From a virus: a stretch of 64,000 nt of DNA. Location of the stretch: UHGV virus genome UHGV-0066004; one strand, written 5' to 3'. Shown piece after piece: positions 17,487-26,297 of this stretch (its first letter is position 1; the number at the start of each line of letters is the position of its first letter). The position numbers were made by a program, and so were the translations under genes. A model generated the notes under the pieces. That model searched no databases. It was not told the DNA's origin and worked only from the letters and a program-made list of their open reading frames with translations.

Positions 17487-17951
17487 ATGAAAATTAAAGA
17501 AGTCGTTCAAAAAGCAATGCTTGGCAACTCAACTAAAGATGAAATGTACAAAGAGATTTGTGATAAGTTGAATTGTTCAAGACATGCTGCTAAGGCTCTT
17601 GTACATTGTTTTATCTGGGAATGCTCAGAGGCTTATATGCAATATGTAGCTTTTGAAAGTTCTCACTTGCTAGGTGATGTAGAAGCTGGTGATAAGCTAA
17701 AAGAGCCTGAGATGAAAACAGTCCCTAGAGTCGGTAACACATACCCTCTTAAAGATTTCAAGACTGGAAAGATTGTTGCAAAAGGTGTAGTAGAATCTGT
17801 CTATCATGATGGTAAATACTTACTTAAAATATTTGAGTATGACAGCCACTATACGCACTTATGTGGGATTACATTCTTAGTAACAGAAGAAGACCTTATT
17901 AAGAACAACAGCAACAAGTTTGCAGTACCAGCCTACCAAGTTTTACGATAA
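17487..17951 (+). CDS. hypothetical protein
   Basis: 154-aa ORF. Confidence 0.5.
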   Translation: MKIKEVVQKAMLGNSTKDEMYKEICDKLNCSRHAAKALVHCFIWECSEAYMQYVAFESSHLLGDVEAGDKLKEPEMKTVPRVGNTYPLKDFKTGKIVAKGVVESVYHDGKYLLKIFEYDSHYTHLCGITFLVTEEDLIKNNSNKFAVPAYQVLR

Positions 17952-17964
17952 TGGTGTGATAGCT

Positions 17965-18513
17965 ATGGAAAAAGATAACTTAAAAGAAGTTGAAGGTAAC
18001 TACCTAGTGCTTGACTGGAGTGATATCCGAGAAGCACTCTCCGAAGAAAATCTTGACTGGTTCGAACAAATTATCTTTGCAGTACGGCATAACAGAGAAG
18101 TTGAAAATGGTAAAGAGCCATTAGAAGGAATCTTTGTAGAGAGGTCTTATCCGTTCTATGAAGACACTTTACAAAAAGTTAAAATGTACTTTAAACAGAA
18201 GAACCGTAAAGTGGTCACTATGGTATCTCTTGGTGGACAGAGTATGTCTGTGATGGAAGATATCAACCCTAAGAGACCGAGTAAAGGTGTTTGTATAAAA
18301 ATCACAGGACATGAAGAGTATATCTCAGTGGCTGACTTTAGTGCATTCTGTAGTGGTTCTTGTGTCTTTAATGGTTTTCACTATGATATCCGAGTGTACC
18401 CAATCAAGGGAGATGATATCATGATGCAGATATTCGATAACAACAATGGATTCACTCATTTTTATCAGACAACTAAGCCATCCCTAAAAACAGTTCTGGA
18501 AACACTGATTTAA
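17965..18513 (+). CDS. hypothetical protein
   Basis: Start set to first ATG after upstream stop (MEKDNL). Confidence 0.45.
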   Translation: MEKDNLKEVEGNYLVLDWSDIREALSEENLDWFEQIIFAVRHNREVENGKEPLEGIFVERSYPFYEDTLQKVKMYFKQKNRKVVTMVSLGGQSMSVMEDINPKRPSKGVCIKITGHEEYISVADFSAFCSGSCVFNGFHYDIRVYPIKGDDIMMQIFDNNNGFTHFYQTTKPSLKTVLETLI

Positions 18514-18524
18514 AATATCTTAAG

Positions 18525-18552
18525 AGCCTCCTTAATTGGGGGCTTTTTAATT
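18525..18552 (+). terminator. intrinsic terminator ending the plus-strand cluster
   Basis: AGCCTCC-ttaatt-GGGGGCT stem followed by TTTTTAATTTTT. Confidence 0.6.
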
Positions 18553-19159
18553 TTTATAAAATTTTATCGGTTGTCCCAACCTCTGGGTCACCATCATATG
18601 TGAATAAAATATCTACCCTTCTTAACAACCTTCTTAATCTTACTCTCTATATAGTTATATAGTACTATATAGTATCTTAGTAACTATCTAGTGGTCTTAA
18701 TAGCCCTCTGTATAGCCCTTCTAAATAGCCATCTAAACACTCTTCTAACAAACCTTCTTAACAATCTATACAATCACCTTAACCATCTCTCTACATCCTC
18801 TTAGAAGCTCCTATACACCTCTTAATCTCTATGTTAGCTATGTTACTCTCTATAGGTGTTCACTAGGAAATACTAAGCCTCTATATAGACTGTTTTAACA
18901 AACTTAACAGGAATATCTTTACAGGCCTTATCTCACAAGGTCTAACACGGTACTAACAAGGTATCTTATAAGCCTGTTTCTACCTGTATTTTTAAAAGAC
19001 TGTATAGGTAATTATTCAGAATTTTAAAATTTTTATAAAATAGGACTATCAAGTCATTTTTTAGGGTCTTTGAAGGAACTGAAAAATATCTGTAGAAGAT
19101 GTATATCTGCTTGGTAGCCCTTAACAGCTCCCTTACAAGTACTTTGCAAAATTTTAAAA

Positions 19160-19400
19160 TATCCTTAACAATCTCTTAACAGCTCTCACATCTTCTTAAC
19201 AACTCTTCAAAGGTCTTAACAGACTCTTAACAGAACTAACAAGGGTGTAACAGTTTCTTAACAGTTGATACATAGGCTTAACAGAATCTTAACAGATGAC
19301 TAACAAGAGCTAACAAGTTAATTTTAAAGAGTTATTTTGTTAAGATAATTAACAAGTTTCTAACAAGTGTTTAATCTTTTTAACAAGCTATTAACACGGT
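19160..19400. repeat. dense cluster of CTTAACA(G/A) / CTAACAAG iteron-like words
   Basis: More than 15 copies of cttaacag, ctaacaag, ttaacaag within ~240 bp of non-coding DNA. Confidence 0.6.
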
Positions 19401-19668
19401 CACTATCTCTGGTCTTATCGTTCCCTTCTCCTCTTAGTGATTCTTTAAACATACCTCTTAAAAGCTCTCTATAGCTCTTTATAGGCTCTTTTAAGCATCT
19501 TCCTAGTATTTACCCCTCAACTGTATGGATAGCTCTTTATAAGGCTTTACAGGAGCTTTTAAGGCTATGCCAAAGATTCTTACAAGGCTTTTACGTGGTC
19601 TTAACAGAGATTTAACAAGGGGCTAACAAGTTGCTAACAAGTGCCTTAAAAGCATAACTATGTAGGGT

Positions 19669-19720
19669 TTGTTAAGAAATTGTTAAGAAATTGTTAAGAA
19701 AATGTTAAGAAAATGTTAAG
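19669..19720. repeat. tandem 11-12 bp repeat (TTGTTAAGAAA) x ~4.5
   Basis: ttgttaagaaa ttgttaagaaa ttgttaagaaa atgttaagaaaa tgttaag; reverse complement of the CTTAACA word. Confidence 0.8.
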
Positions 19721-20144
19721 GGGGCTAGCATTTACGTAACTTTATAGCCTCTTTTACGTAACTTTTAAGCTACTTTTAAGCCCCTATAACATACTTTTAA
19801 GACAATAACAAGCCCTTTATAGTAGTTCACAAGAATACTAACGAGATGATAAAGCTTACACCCTTATAAGATTCTTTTAAGGCTCTGGGAAGCTCTAGGA
19901 AGGGCTTTTTAGAGTGGGTTAATATGATTGCTTAAGTTAGGTTGATAAGGCTGTTATAGAGCTTTATAGAGCGTTTTAGTGGTTGCCCTTCCCTTTCGGG
20001 TTATGGGCTTACATTTAAGGGAAAGATTAAGTTGATTTGATAAAAGGCTATAGAGTAGACTATAGAGTTATTGCTTTTTAAGGTCTGGTAAAGTTCTGAC
20101 TTGTTAGGTGGGTTTTAAGATTCTGGAAAGGAATTTGATAGACG

Positions 20145-20168
20145 TAAAAAAGCCCCATTTAAGGGGCT
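20145..20168 (-). terminator. intrinsic terminator ending the early-gene array
   Basis: Minus strand GCCCC-TTAAAT-GGGGC followed by TTTTTT, 40 nt after stop at 20207. Confidence 0.6.
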
Positions 20169-20206
20169 GTAAAGGTATCTGGGGCTATTTAGCCCCGTTG
20201 CGGCGT

Positions 20207-20455
20207 TTAGTTAGTGCCTTCTTTGTCGTAGTACAGGGAGACGATTTTTTCTCCCCAATAGTGATAAGTGTGACCATGCGTAAGAACTTCCTGTTTTGTT
20301 TCCTCCCAGAATTCATCAGAGGGGTTGTAGTCACTGATGGTCTGACTGATAAGGCCTTTCACCATTTCAAAGGCGTTATCAGTACCTACAAGGTCAAATT
20401 TAACGTCCAGAGAGTAGAAGCCAAATTCGTTAACAGTTGCGCGGATAGTAGCCAT
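20207..20455 (-). CDS. small early-type protein
   Basis: 82-aa ORF preceded by type A leader and AGGAGA SD. Confidence 0.55.
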   Translation of the reverse strand: MATIRATVNEFGFYSLDVKFDLVGTDNAFEMVKGLISQTISDYNPSDEFWEETKQEVLTHGHTYHYWGEKIVSLYYDKEGTN

Positions 20456-20534
20456 TTTAGAATCTCCAGTTTAGGAAGTTGATTAAGGGTTTTATTTAGT
20501 GGGGAAGGTCATTCCCTCCCCGTTGATTGACAAT
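20456..20534 (-). promoter_or_regulatory. type A promoter-leader cassette
   Basis: Conserved GGGGAGGGAATGACCTTCCCC hairpin and AGGAGATTC SD; -10 TAAATT overlaps upstream stop, -35 TTGACG in upstream CDS. Confidence 0.55.
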
Positions 20535-21065
20535 TTACAGACTTTTGATTGTTTCGTCAATATCTTTTTCAATATCTTTTAAAGTTTTTTCTAAGTTCTT
20601 GATATTGAAAGATAATCCTTCTCCCAGTGTCTTAGAGTAACCGCTAGGACGTGAGTCATATAGTTCAATTTCTTCTACTTCGAAGAGGCTAACCAACTCA
20701 CCGCTTACACTGTAAGCCATTGAAACAGTATTTACAGGGGCTTTATAGAACTTGTTCAAGGACTTGATAGAACGTTCATAAGCCATTTTATAACCGTTTA
20801 AAAGGTTTTTAACGTGGTTACGAACGTTTTTACACTCATCTAGATAAATCTCTAAGAATAACGGTAATAACTCCGCTACAGCTTGCATAAAGTGAGAGAC
20901 TACAACGGTTGCAACATTACGACGATGTACATAATAAGCCCCGTTTTCTGATTTGGTGATGGTTGCAAAGTGTACCCCATTACAACGGAACTCATATGTG
21001 TCTTTAACAGGCTTAGACATTACAGCATTTGAACGAATGTAGTTGATAGCTTTAAACTTGTTCAT
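20535..21065 (-). CDS. early-type protein
   Basis: 176-aa ORF with type A-like leader. Confidence 0.55.
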   Translation of the reverse strand: MNKFKAINYIRSNAVMSKPVKDTYEFRCNGVHFATITKSENGAYYVHRRNVATVVVSHFMQAVAELLPLFLEIYLDECKNVRNHVKNLLNGYKMAYERSIKSLNKFYKAPVNTVSMAYSVSGELVSLFEVEEIELYDSRPSGYSKTLGEGLSFNIKNLEKTLKDIEKDIDETIKSL

Positions 21066-21284
21066 TTTGACTCTCCTAGTTTAAGGATTTTATTTAGTGG
21101 GGAGGGATGACCTCCCGTTGATTAGTAATTTACTTGTTTTGATAGCTGATTGCAAGCAATTTTTTAAGCTTATCTATAAAGAATCTTTTAAGTGAATCCC
21201 TTTTAGATAAACCCCCTCGAACAAAGTTACCAATGTCAAGGGGTATTGTCAACACTTTTTTAAAAGTTTTTTATAAGTTATTGA
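21066..21284 (-). promoter_or_regulatory. type A-like leader plus extra intergenic sequence
   Basis: Variant hairpin GGGAGGTCATCCCTCCCC and AGGAGAG SD. Confidence 0.45.
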
Positions 21285-21626
21285 TTAACTGATGAATATT
21301 TTTTCAGGTTTTACATAGCTGATACGCTGACTTTTTAGCAGGTCATCCCAGATTAGAGCGGCAATATGAGGATAACCGGATTCACGTAAGAGCTTCATTG
21401 TTTTACTTCTCGTTTCAAAACGGCTTGCGTAGTACTCACTATTCAGAGTTGTTTTCTTCCCTTCGTTGTCTACATGGATAATCTGCATCACTTGAAAGGG
21501 GCTTGTGTCCTCGCCTTTGTTCCACTGTTCAAAGTATTTTAGGCACTGCATAGGCGACATCTTATCACTAACCTGAGTTGACCAAGATGCGCCAGCTTTA
21601 TCGGTAATTACGGTTACATAAGACAT
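21285..21626 (-). CDS. small early-type protein
   Basis: 113-aa ORF with type A leader. Confidence 0.55.
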   Translation of the reverse strand: MSYVTVITDKAGASWSTQVSDKMSPMQCLKYFEQWNKGEDTSPFQVMQIIHVDNEGKKTTLNSEYYASRFETRSKTMKLLRESGYPHIAALIWDDLLKSQRISYVKPEKIFIS

Positions 21627-21717
21627 TTTTGAATCTCCTAGTTTAAGGACTTTACTTAGTGGGGAAGGTCATTCCCTCCCCGTTGATTGACAATTTACAG
21701 ACTTTTATCAGGCTTGT
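21627..21717 (-). promoter_or_regulatory. type A promoter-leader cassette
   Basis: Near-identical to cassette at 20456-20534. Confidence 0.55.
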
Positions 21718-21951
21718 CTAGTCTTTTTCAATGATAATTTCATATTGACCGTCAACGCTGTCAAAATAGATGCCGTCTTCATCTTCTGTCTTAAAGTAGC
21801 ATTGTATATCATCACTTGCGGGATAGTCTTGCCGTGCTATCTGGCAAGCTTGAATAGCGTTTTCTTTACTTCCTGTGAACTCCTCAAGCCCTTTAAAATC
21901 ACATGAATGGCCATTACAAATTGAGAGGATGAGATAAATGGTTGTAAGCAT
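21718..21951 (-). CDS. small secreted or membrane-anchored protein
   Basis: 77 aa, hydrophobic N-terminus MLTTIYLILSICNG, four Cys. Confidence 0.5.
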   Translation of the reverse strand: MLTTIYLILSICNGHSCDFKGLEEFTGSKENAIQACQIARQDYPASDDIQCYFKTEDEDGIYFDSVDGQYEIIIEKD

Positions 21952-22014
21952 GATTTAAGCCCTCTAAATGGCCCTGTATGGGCCTTAAGTTGGAAATTAG
22001 TGTCTTTGTACTGC

Positions 22015-22581
22015 TTAGTCTAAAAAGTCGCTTAGATTGCGCTCTGTGAGATTCTCGGTAATTTTATCCAGCAGGTCACAAAACAAAGAAGAAGTATCCC
22101 CGCTATTCTGTACAATTTTTGCAATACTCAACAAATCATCGTCAATATAGCCCAAATTGCGGTTAGTTGTATCAGGTACAAAGAATGGCGCATACATTGC
22201 ACTAAATTTCGTCGAGTGAATACCGATAATCCAATCTTTATCAAAGTAACCGGTAAAGCTGGCGATTTCGCTCATGTTGTCACAAGAATAATCGTCCTCA
22301 AGTTCTTCCTCTGGGATATCCATCTCAATTACAATCACTTCCTGCGTTTCCATTTGGAAAGCTGCCGTAATAAGCCCCGACTCTAAAGCGTTTTGAATGC
22401 AGCGTTCACGGATGTAAGAGGCTTCTTCATCTTCCAGGCATTCCGTCTTGATAATCTTATCCATCGGGTAAACGTAAAAACAATCATCCATGTAAGAGCA
22501 GTTCCAGATACCTTCCGGCTTGTCGCCACCTTTAAGCAGGTTTACAAAGTTTTTCAGAGTAGTGCCGTGATAGCATTTCAT
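22015..22581 (-). CDS. early protein with N-terminal YHGT motif (possible ADP-ribosyltransferase or Tpt1-like fold)
   Basis: N-terminus MKCYHGTTLKNFVNLLKGG resembles the NAD-binding HGT segment of KptA/Tpt1; type B leader upstream. Confidence 0.3.
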   Translation of the reverse strand: MKCYHGTTLKNFVNLLKGGDKPEGIWNCSYMDDCFYVYPMDKIIKTECLEDEEASYIRERCIQNALESGLITAAFQMETQEVIVIEMDIPEEELEDDYSCDNMSEIASFTGYFDKDWIIGIHSTKFSAMYAPFFVPDTTNRNLGYIDDDLLSIAKIVQNSGDTSSLFCDLLDKITENLTERNLSDFLD

Positions 22582-22668
22582 TTTTGAATCTCCTAGTTTA
22601 AGGATTTAGTGGTAAAGCTCTTTATCTGGGGCTTACTTTATCGAACTATAAGCCCCTTGTAAAGTACT
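22582..22668 (-). promoter_or_regulatory. type B promoter-leader cassette
   Basis: Conserved GGGGCTTA-N13-TAAGCCCC inverted repeat overlapping TTTACA-N17-TAAAGT, then AGGAGATTC SD. Confidence 0.55.
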
Positions 22669-22872
22669 TTATTTGTTATTTTTGACAACTTTTAAAACTG
22701 CAAGATAACCTAAGCAATAAGAATCACCGAAGAGAGTCCTACCCATGAAAGAATCCTCTGCAATATCTTTCGCCGTGACGGTTTTTTCTACGCCGTGAAA
22801 GAGAACTACATCACCAACTTTAATATCTTTGATGTGTGTAGTTTCAATGGTTAAGCCGTTAATAATAGCCAT
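22669..22872 (-). CDS. small early-type protein
   Basis: 67-aa ORF with type A leader. Confidence 0.5.
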   Translation of the reverse strand: MAIINGLTIETTHIKDIKVGDVVLFHGVEKTVTAKDIAEDSFMGRTLFGDSYCLGYLAVLKVVKNNK

Positions 22873-22972
22873 TTTGAATCTCCTAGTTTAAGGACTTTAC
22901 TTAGTGGGGAAGGTCATTCCCTCCCCGTTGATGTGTAATTTAATCTATCTAAAAACCAGTGTCAACAGTTTT
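22873..22972 (-). promoter_or_regulatory. type A cassette with explicit TTGACA-N17-TAAATT promoter (22937-22965)
   Basis: Minus strand TTGACActggtttttagatagatTAAATT then 5' hairpin leader. Confidence 0.6.
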
Positions 22973-23377
22973 TTAGAGTTCTGCATAAATTGCGTCACAG
23001 ATATCACGGAAGTCGTGATTTGATAGGTTACGTTGTAACCAAGTGGCGAAAAAGTCAGCGATTGCATAATTGGCATCGTAGTCAACTGATAGCCACACTT
23101 TTACGGCGAATCTGAACATTTTTAAATCAAGCTCTTTATTCATTACCTTAGATTTGCCCAACATGTCGACCATTTCATATTGTGCGCCGTCTAGCGTGAT
23201 ACCTGCTGCAACGTCAGCCAATGAGCTTTTTACGTTTTCAATGTCTAAGATAACACTTTGAATCTTTCCGATAATGTTGTGCAATGTCTCATCAGGTGCT
23301 GATGACGTGATAACATTAATCCGGTTAACGGTCAAACGTGCTTTTAAGATTGATAACTCACGGTTGTTAATAGCCAT
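22973..23377 (-). CDS. early-type protein
   Basis: 134-aa ORF with type B leader. Confidence 0.55.
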   Translation of the reverse strand: MAINNRELSILKARLTVNRINVITSSAPDETLHNIIGKIQSVILDIENVKSSLADVAAGITLDGAQYEMVDMLGKSKVMNKELDLKMFRFAVKVWLSVDYDANYAIADFFATWLQRNLSNHDFRDICDAIYAEL

Positions 23378-23463
23378 TTTAGAATCTCCAATTTAGGATT
23401 TAGTGGTAAAGCTCTTTATCTGGGGCTTACTTTATCGAACTATAAGCCCCCTGTAAAGTACTT
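23378..23463 (-). promoter_or_regulatory. type B promoter-leader cassette
   Basis: Same inverted-repeat element as 22582-22668. Confidence 0.55.
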
Positions 23464-23736
23464 TTACACTAAATGCAGCTTTTTACCTTTTACCATGATG
23501 TAACTCGATGCGCTATTGCTACAAACATCTTGATAAATTCTGCGCAAACGTCCTTCGTAGTGTACTTTCCAACTAGTTGGAATCTTTTTACCATATCCGG
23601 TAGCAGTTTTTTGGAGTCCTGCTACTTGCCAATCTAAGATATGTTGCTCAGCTTGTAAATCCTCAAAGCACATTACACCATCTACATAGTGACGTAAAGT
23701 TACATTTAAAGTGCGACCGTTGTTAGTAGTATACAT
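23464..23736 (-). CDS. small early-type protein
   Basis: 90-aa ORF with type A leader. Confidence 0.5.
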   Translation of the reverse strand: MYTTNNGRTLNVTLRHYVDGVMCFEDLQAEQHILDWQVAGLQKTATGYGKKIPTSWKVHYEGRLRRIYQDVCSNSASSYIMVKGKKLHLV

Positions 23737-23826
23737 TTTTGAATCACCTAGTTTAAGGACTTTATTTAGTGGGGAAGGTCATTCCCTCCCCGTTGATGTG
23801 TAATTTAATCTATCTAAAAACCAGTG
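23737..23826 (-). promoter_or_regulatory. type A cassette with TTGACA-N17-TAAATT promoter
   Basis: Near-identical to 22873-22972. Confidence 0.6.
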
Positions 23827-24159
23827 TCAAGAATTTTGTTTTCGTTTGCTCAATTCTTGAACAATTACAGCGTAGTAGTCTTTTAAGTCAATGATATTTA
23901 AAGCATTTATCAGAGAATTATAATCATCAACTAACTGGAAATCATCTTTGAAGATGTCACTTATCTGATAGGTTTTCGCTTTATATCTGAAGCTCATCTC
24001 TAGCCGCTTTATTTGCTCATCACTGAGACGCCCTAGAAAGCTTTCTACAAGGTTATTGCTAACCTGCTGTGTGATTGCCTTATTTGCTAGATTATAGGCT
24101 TTATATGCCTTATAGAGCGCGAGAATGGCAATGATTGCAGTGATGCCAGTCATTAACAT
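23827..24159 (-). CDS. small membrane protein
   Basis: 110 aa, N-terminal TM helix ITAIIAILALYKAY. Confidence 0.5.
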   Translation of the reverse strand: MLMTGITAIIAILALYKAYKAYNLANKAITQQVSNNLVESFLGRLSDEQIKRLEMSFRYKAKTYQISDIFKDDFQLVDDYNSLINALNIIDLKDYYAVIVQELSKRKQNS

Positions 24160-24449
24160 GGTGTTTCCTCTTTACGTGATACTTTGCCATTTACAGATAT
24201 CTCATAAGAATCTAGCAAATCACTTTTAGACTTTACTGGACTTTTAAAAGTATCATCATAAATATTTACTTGCAATACAGGTTTTTTGTACTCCCTGCAG
24301 CTATTCCATAAGCAAATCACTACGCGACGGCCTTTGATTTTTCCGTGTAACCATTCCATAACATCGTGGCTATTTCTTGATGTCTCGATAAAATCAATTT
24401 TGTTGAGTAACTTGCTTAGATTTTCACGGACTTTATTTGACAATTTCAT
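24153..24449 (-). CDS. small early-type protein
   Basis: 98-aa ORF with type B leader. Confidence 0.5.
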   Translation of the reverse strand: MKLSNKVRENLSKLLNKIDFIETSRNSHDVMEWLHGKIKGRRVVICLWNSCREYKKPVLQVNIYDDTFKSPVKSKSDLLDSYEISVNGKVSRKEETPC

Positions 24450-24537
24450 TTTTGAATCTCCAGTTTAGGATTTAGTGGTAAAGCTCTTTATCTGGGGCTT
24501 AAGATATCAACTTTTAAGCCCCCTGTAAAGTACTTTA
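24450..24537 (-). promoter_or_regulatory. type B promoter-leader cassette
   Basis: GGGGCTTA...TAAGCCCC element. Confidence 0.5.
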
Positions 24538-24828
24538 TCAGTTAATTTTCAGTTTTGCATAGCCTCTGATTGTTCGAATGGGGGAGGTTAAGGCCACGCG
24601 TTTGATATATGATTTTTTAGTGTATACGTTTGTTTTACCGAGTGTTTCCACACCTTTAAAAAGGTTATTTGAACTGCGTTTCAAGGTTAAATGTTTATCA
24701 ACCTTTACGCCCCATCTTACAGCAGACTGTTTTCCGTTGTCAACCACTTTCCCGCATAACTTTTTAGCCATGATACGAGCGTCATCACGAGTCTTTGCGG
24801 TAATTACAACGTTTTTGATAATAGCCAT
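24538..24828 (-). CDS. small basic early-type protein
   Basis: Start set to ATG at 24828 (MAIIKNV) adjacent to type B leader. Confidence 0.5.
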   Translation of the reverse strand: MAIIKNVVITAKTRDDARIMAKKLCGKVVDNGKQSAVRWGVKVDKHLTLKRSSNNLFKGVETLGKTNVYTKKSYIKRVALTSPIRTIRGYAKLKIN

Positions 24829-24914
24829 TTTTAAGTTCTCCAATTTAGGATTTAGTGGTAAAGCTCTTTATCTGGGGCTTACTTTATCGAACTATAAGCC
24901 CCTTGTAAAGTACT
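24829..24914 (-). promoter_or_regulatory. type B promoter-leader cassette
   Basis: GGGGCTTA...TAAGCCCC element. Confidence 0.5.
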
Positions 24915-25298
24915 TTATTTGTTAATTTTGAAGATAGTTACATAACCATCGCTGCCGATGATTTGTGATGCTCCAGCTTTTTCTACTTGATAGCCCATAT
25001 TTTCAAGATGGTAAACAGCATCATCATAACCATATGCGCCGCCCTGATAACGTCTCTTATCACATCTTACTAATACCTTTCCACGTCCTGCCAGTGCATT
25101 TAGTACGGCTTTTTCACTTGAAAGTGTACCATCTAACATGGTTGCCGTGTAATGGTTGATTCTATTCCCGTTTACATCATACTTAAAATTGAATGCGTGA
25201 ACAACGATAATGTTACCTTTAAAATTTTCATCAAGTGACTTCTCCAGTGCGTTGCGAAAGTTGTCTTTGTTGATGAATTTAGGTGCACGATATGCCAT
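24915..25298 (-). CDS. early-type protein
   Basis: 127-aa ORF with type B-variant leader. Confidence 0.55.
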   Translation of the reverse strand: MAYRAPKFINKDNFRNALEKSLDENFKGNIIVVHAFNFKYDVNGNRINHYTATMLDGTLSSEKAVLNALAGRGKVLVRCDKRRYQGGAYGYDDAVYHLENMGYQVEKAGASQIIGSDGYVTIFKINK

Positions 25299-25388
25299 TT
25301 TTGAATCTCCTAGTTTAAGGGTTAATTTGGTAAAGCTCTTTATCTGGGGCTTACTTTATCGAACTATAAGCCCCTTGTAAAGTACTTT
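25299..25388 (-). promoter_or_regulatory. type B-variant promoter-leader cassette
   Basis: GGGGCTTA...TAAGCCCC element with altered SD-proximal part. Confidence 0.5.
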
Positions 25389-25610
25389 TTATTTATCGTA
25401 GTAGTAAATTGCTGTCTGTCTCGTAAATTTTTTAGTATTTCTTGTAAGGTAGCAATTAGAGTTTATAGCTGTTTCTACATAGTTGCAATAGTCAGCTTCT
25501 GATATTCTGGACCATACGCCACAGATTTGCATGTAAAAACGTTTTGCCTTTGTGTTAACGTTAGTTGTAACCATCAATTCGCGACTGTAAAGCATTATTT
25601 CGCGCTCCAT
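25389..25610 (-). CDS. small early-type protein
   Basis: 73-aa ORF; start may be the internal ATG at 25595. Confidence 0.45.
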   Translation of the reverse strand: MEREIMLYSRELMVTTNVNTKAKRFYMQICGVWSRISEADYCNYVETAINSNCYLTRNTKKFTRQTAIYYYDK

Positions 25611-25783
25611 TTCTCAAAGAGTTCAGCAGGGAAACGTTCGCTATACCCTTTTAAGGAAAAAGTATTATCTTTGTGGATAGCTTCCACCTGATAAACCTTA
25701 TAAGAGCGTATAGTTAGCATTTTGTAAGAGTATTCGTGCTTAATGTTAACCTCATCGCCAACTTTAATTTTTCTTGATGCCAT
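25595..25783 (-). CDS. small early-type protein
   Basis: 62-aa ORF with type A leader. Confidence 0.5.
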   Translation of the reverse strand: MASRKIKVGDEVNIKHEYSYKMLTIRSYKVYQVEAIHKDNTFSLKGYSERFPAELFEKWSAK

Positions 25784-25850
25784 TTTTGAATCTCCAGTTT
25801 AGGATTTTATTTAGTGGGGAAGGTCATTCCCTCCCCGTTGATGTAAATAT
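25784..25850 (-). promoter_or_regulatory. type A leader (first of array)
   Basis: GGGGAGGGAATGACCTTCCCC hairpin and AGGAGATTC SD. Confidence 0.5.
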
Positions 25851-26039
25851 TAGATAACCACGTTCAAAGAGTCAATAAAAATTTTAAAAATATTTTTGGC
25901 AAAACTGTAATGAAACGGGTGCGCACGACTACCACAAAACAGAACGCAAATCAAGAATTATTTTTCAATCCGCTACAAATTTTTCTCTTGACTTTTGGGG
26001 AGAGGAAGAGGGGGAGAGGGGTTGGGCTGGCTGTCTATA

Positions 26040-26230
26040 AAAACCTACCTGCACAATTCTAAAATGATTTTTCTTGCCCGACCTGAGCGGGGTCTGCACG
26101 TTTTGAAAATGAAAAAGCTCTTTGGAGATTACCTGCACAGTTTGAAAATGAATTTTCTCTTTGGAGTTCAAAATTCTCTCTACAGATTTCTCTACAGAAC
26201 TCTACCTGCACAATTCTAAAATGAAAAAGC
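26040..26230. repeat. four direct ~45-bp repeats (CTGCACARTTYTAAAATGA...)
   Basis: ctgcacaattctaaaatga (x2), ctgcacgttttgaaaatgaa, ctgcacagtttgaaaatgaa in non-coding DNA upstream of early array. Confidence 0.7.
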
Positions 26231-26297
26231 CCTCCTTACCTGAAAAATTTACCAGATAAGAAAGGCTTAGGCTATTGTGAATATACTACAGAGTTTC

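Noticed and set aside
19669-25850. Possible CRISPR array
   Set aside because: The tandem 11-bp repeats have no spacers, and the ~85-bp conserved cassettes alternate with protein-coding genes and contain promoters and SD sites, so they are not repeat-spacer units.
25965-26219. ORFs 25965-26171 (-) and 25995-26219 (+)
   Set aside because: They sit in the tandem-repeat non-coding region with repetitive low-complexity translations and no RBS.
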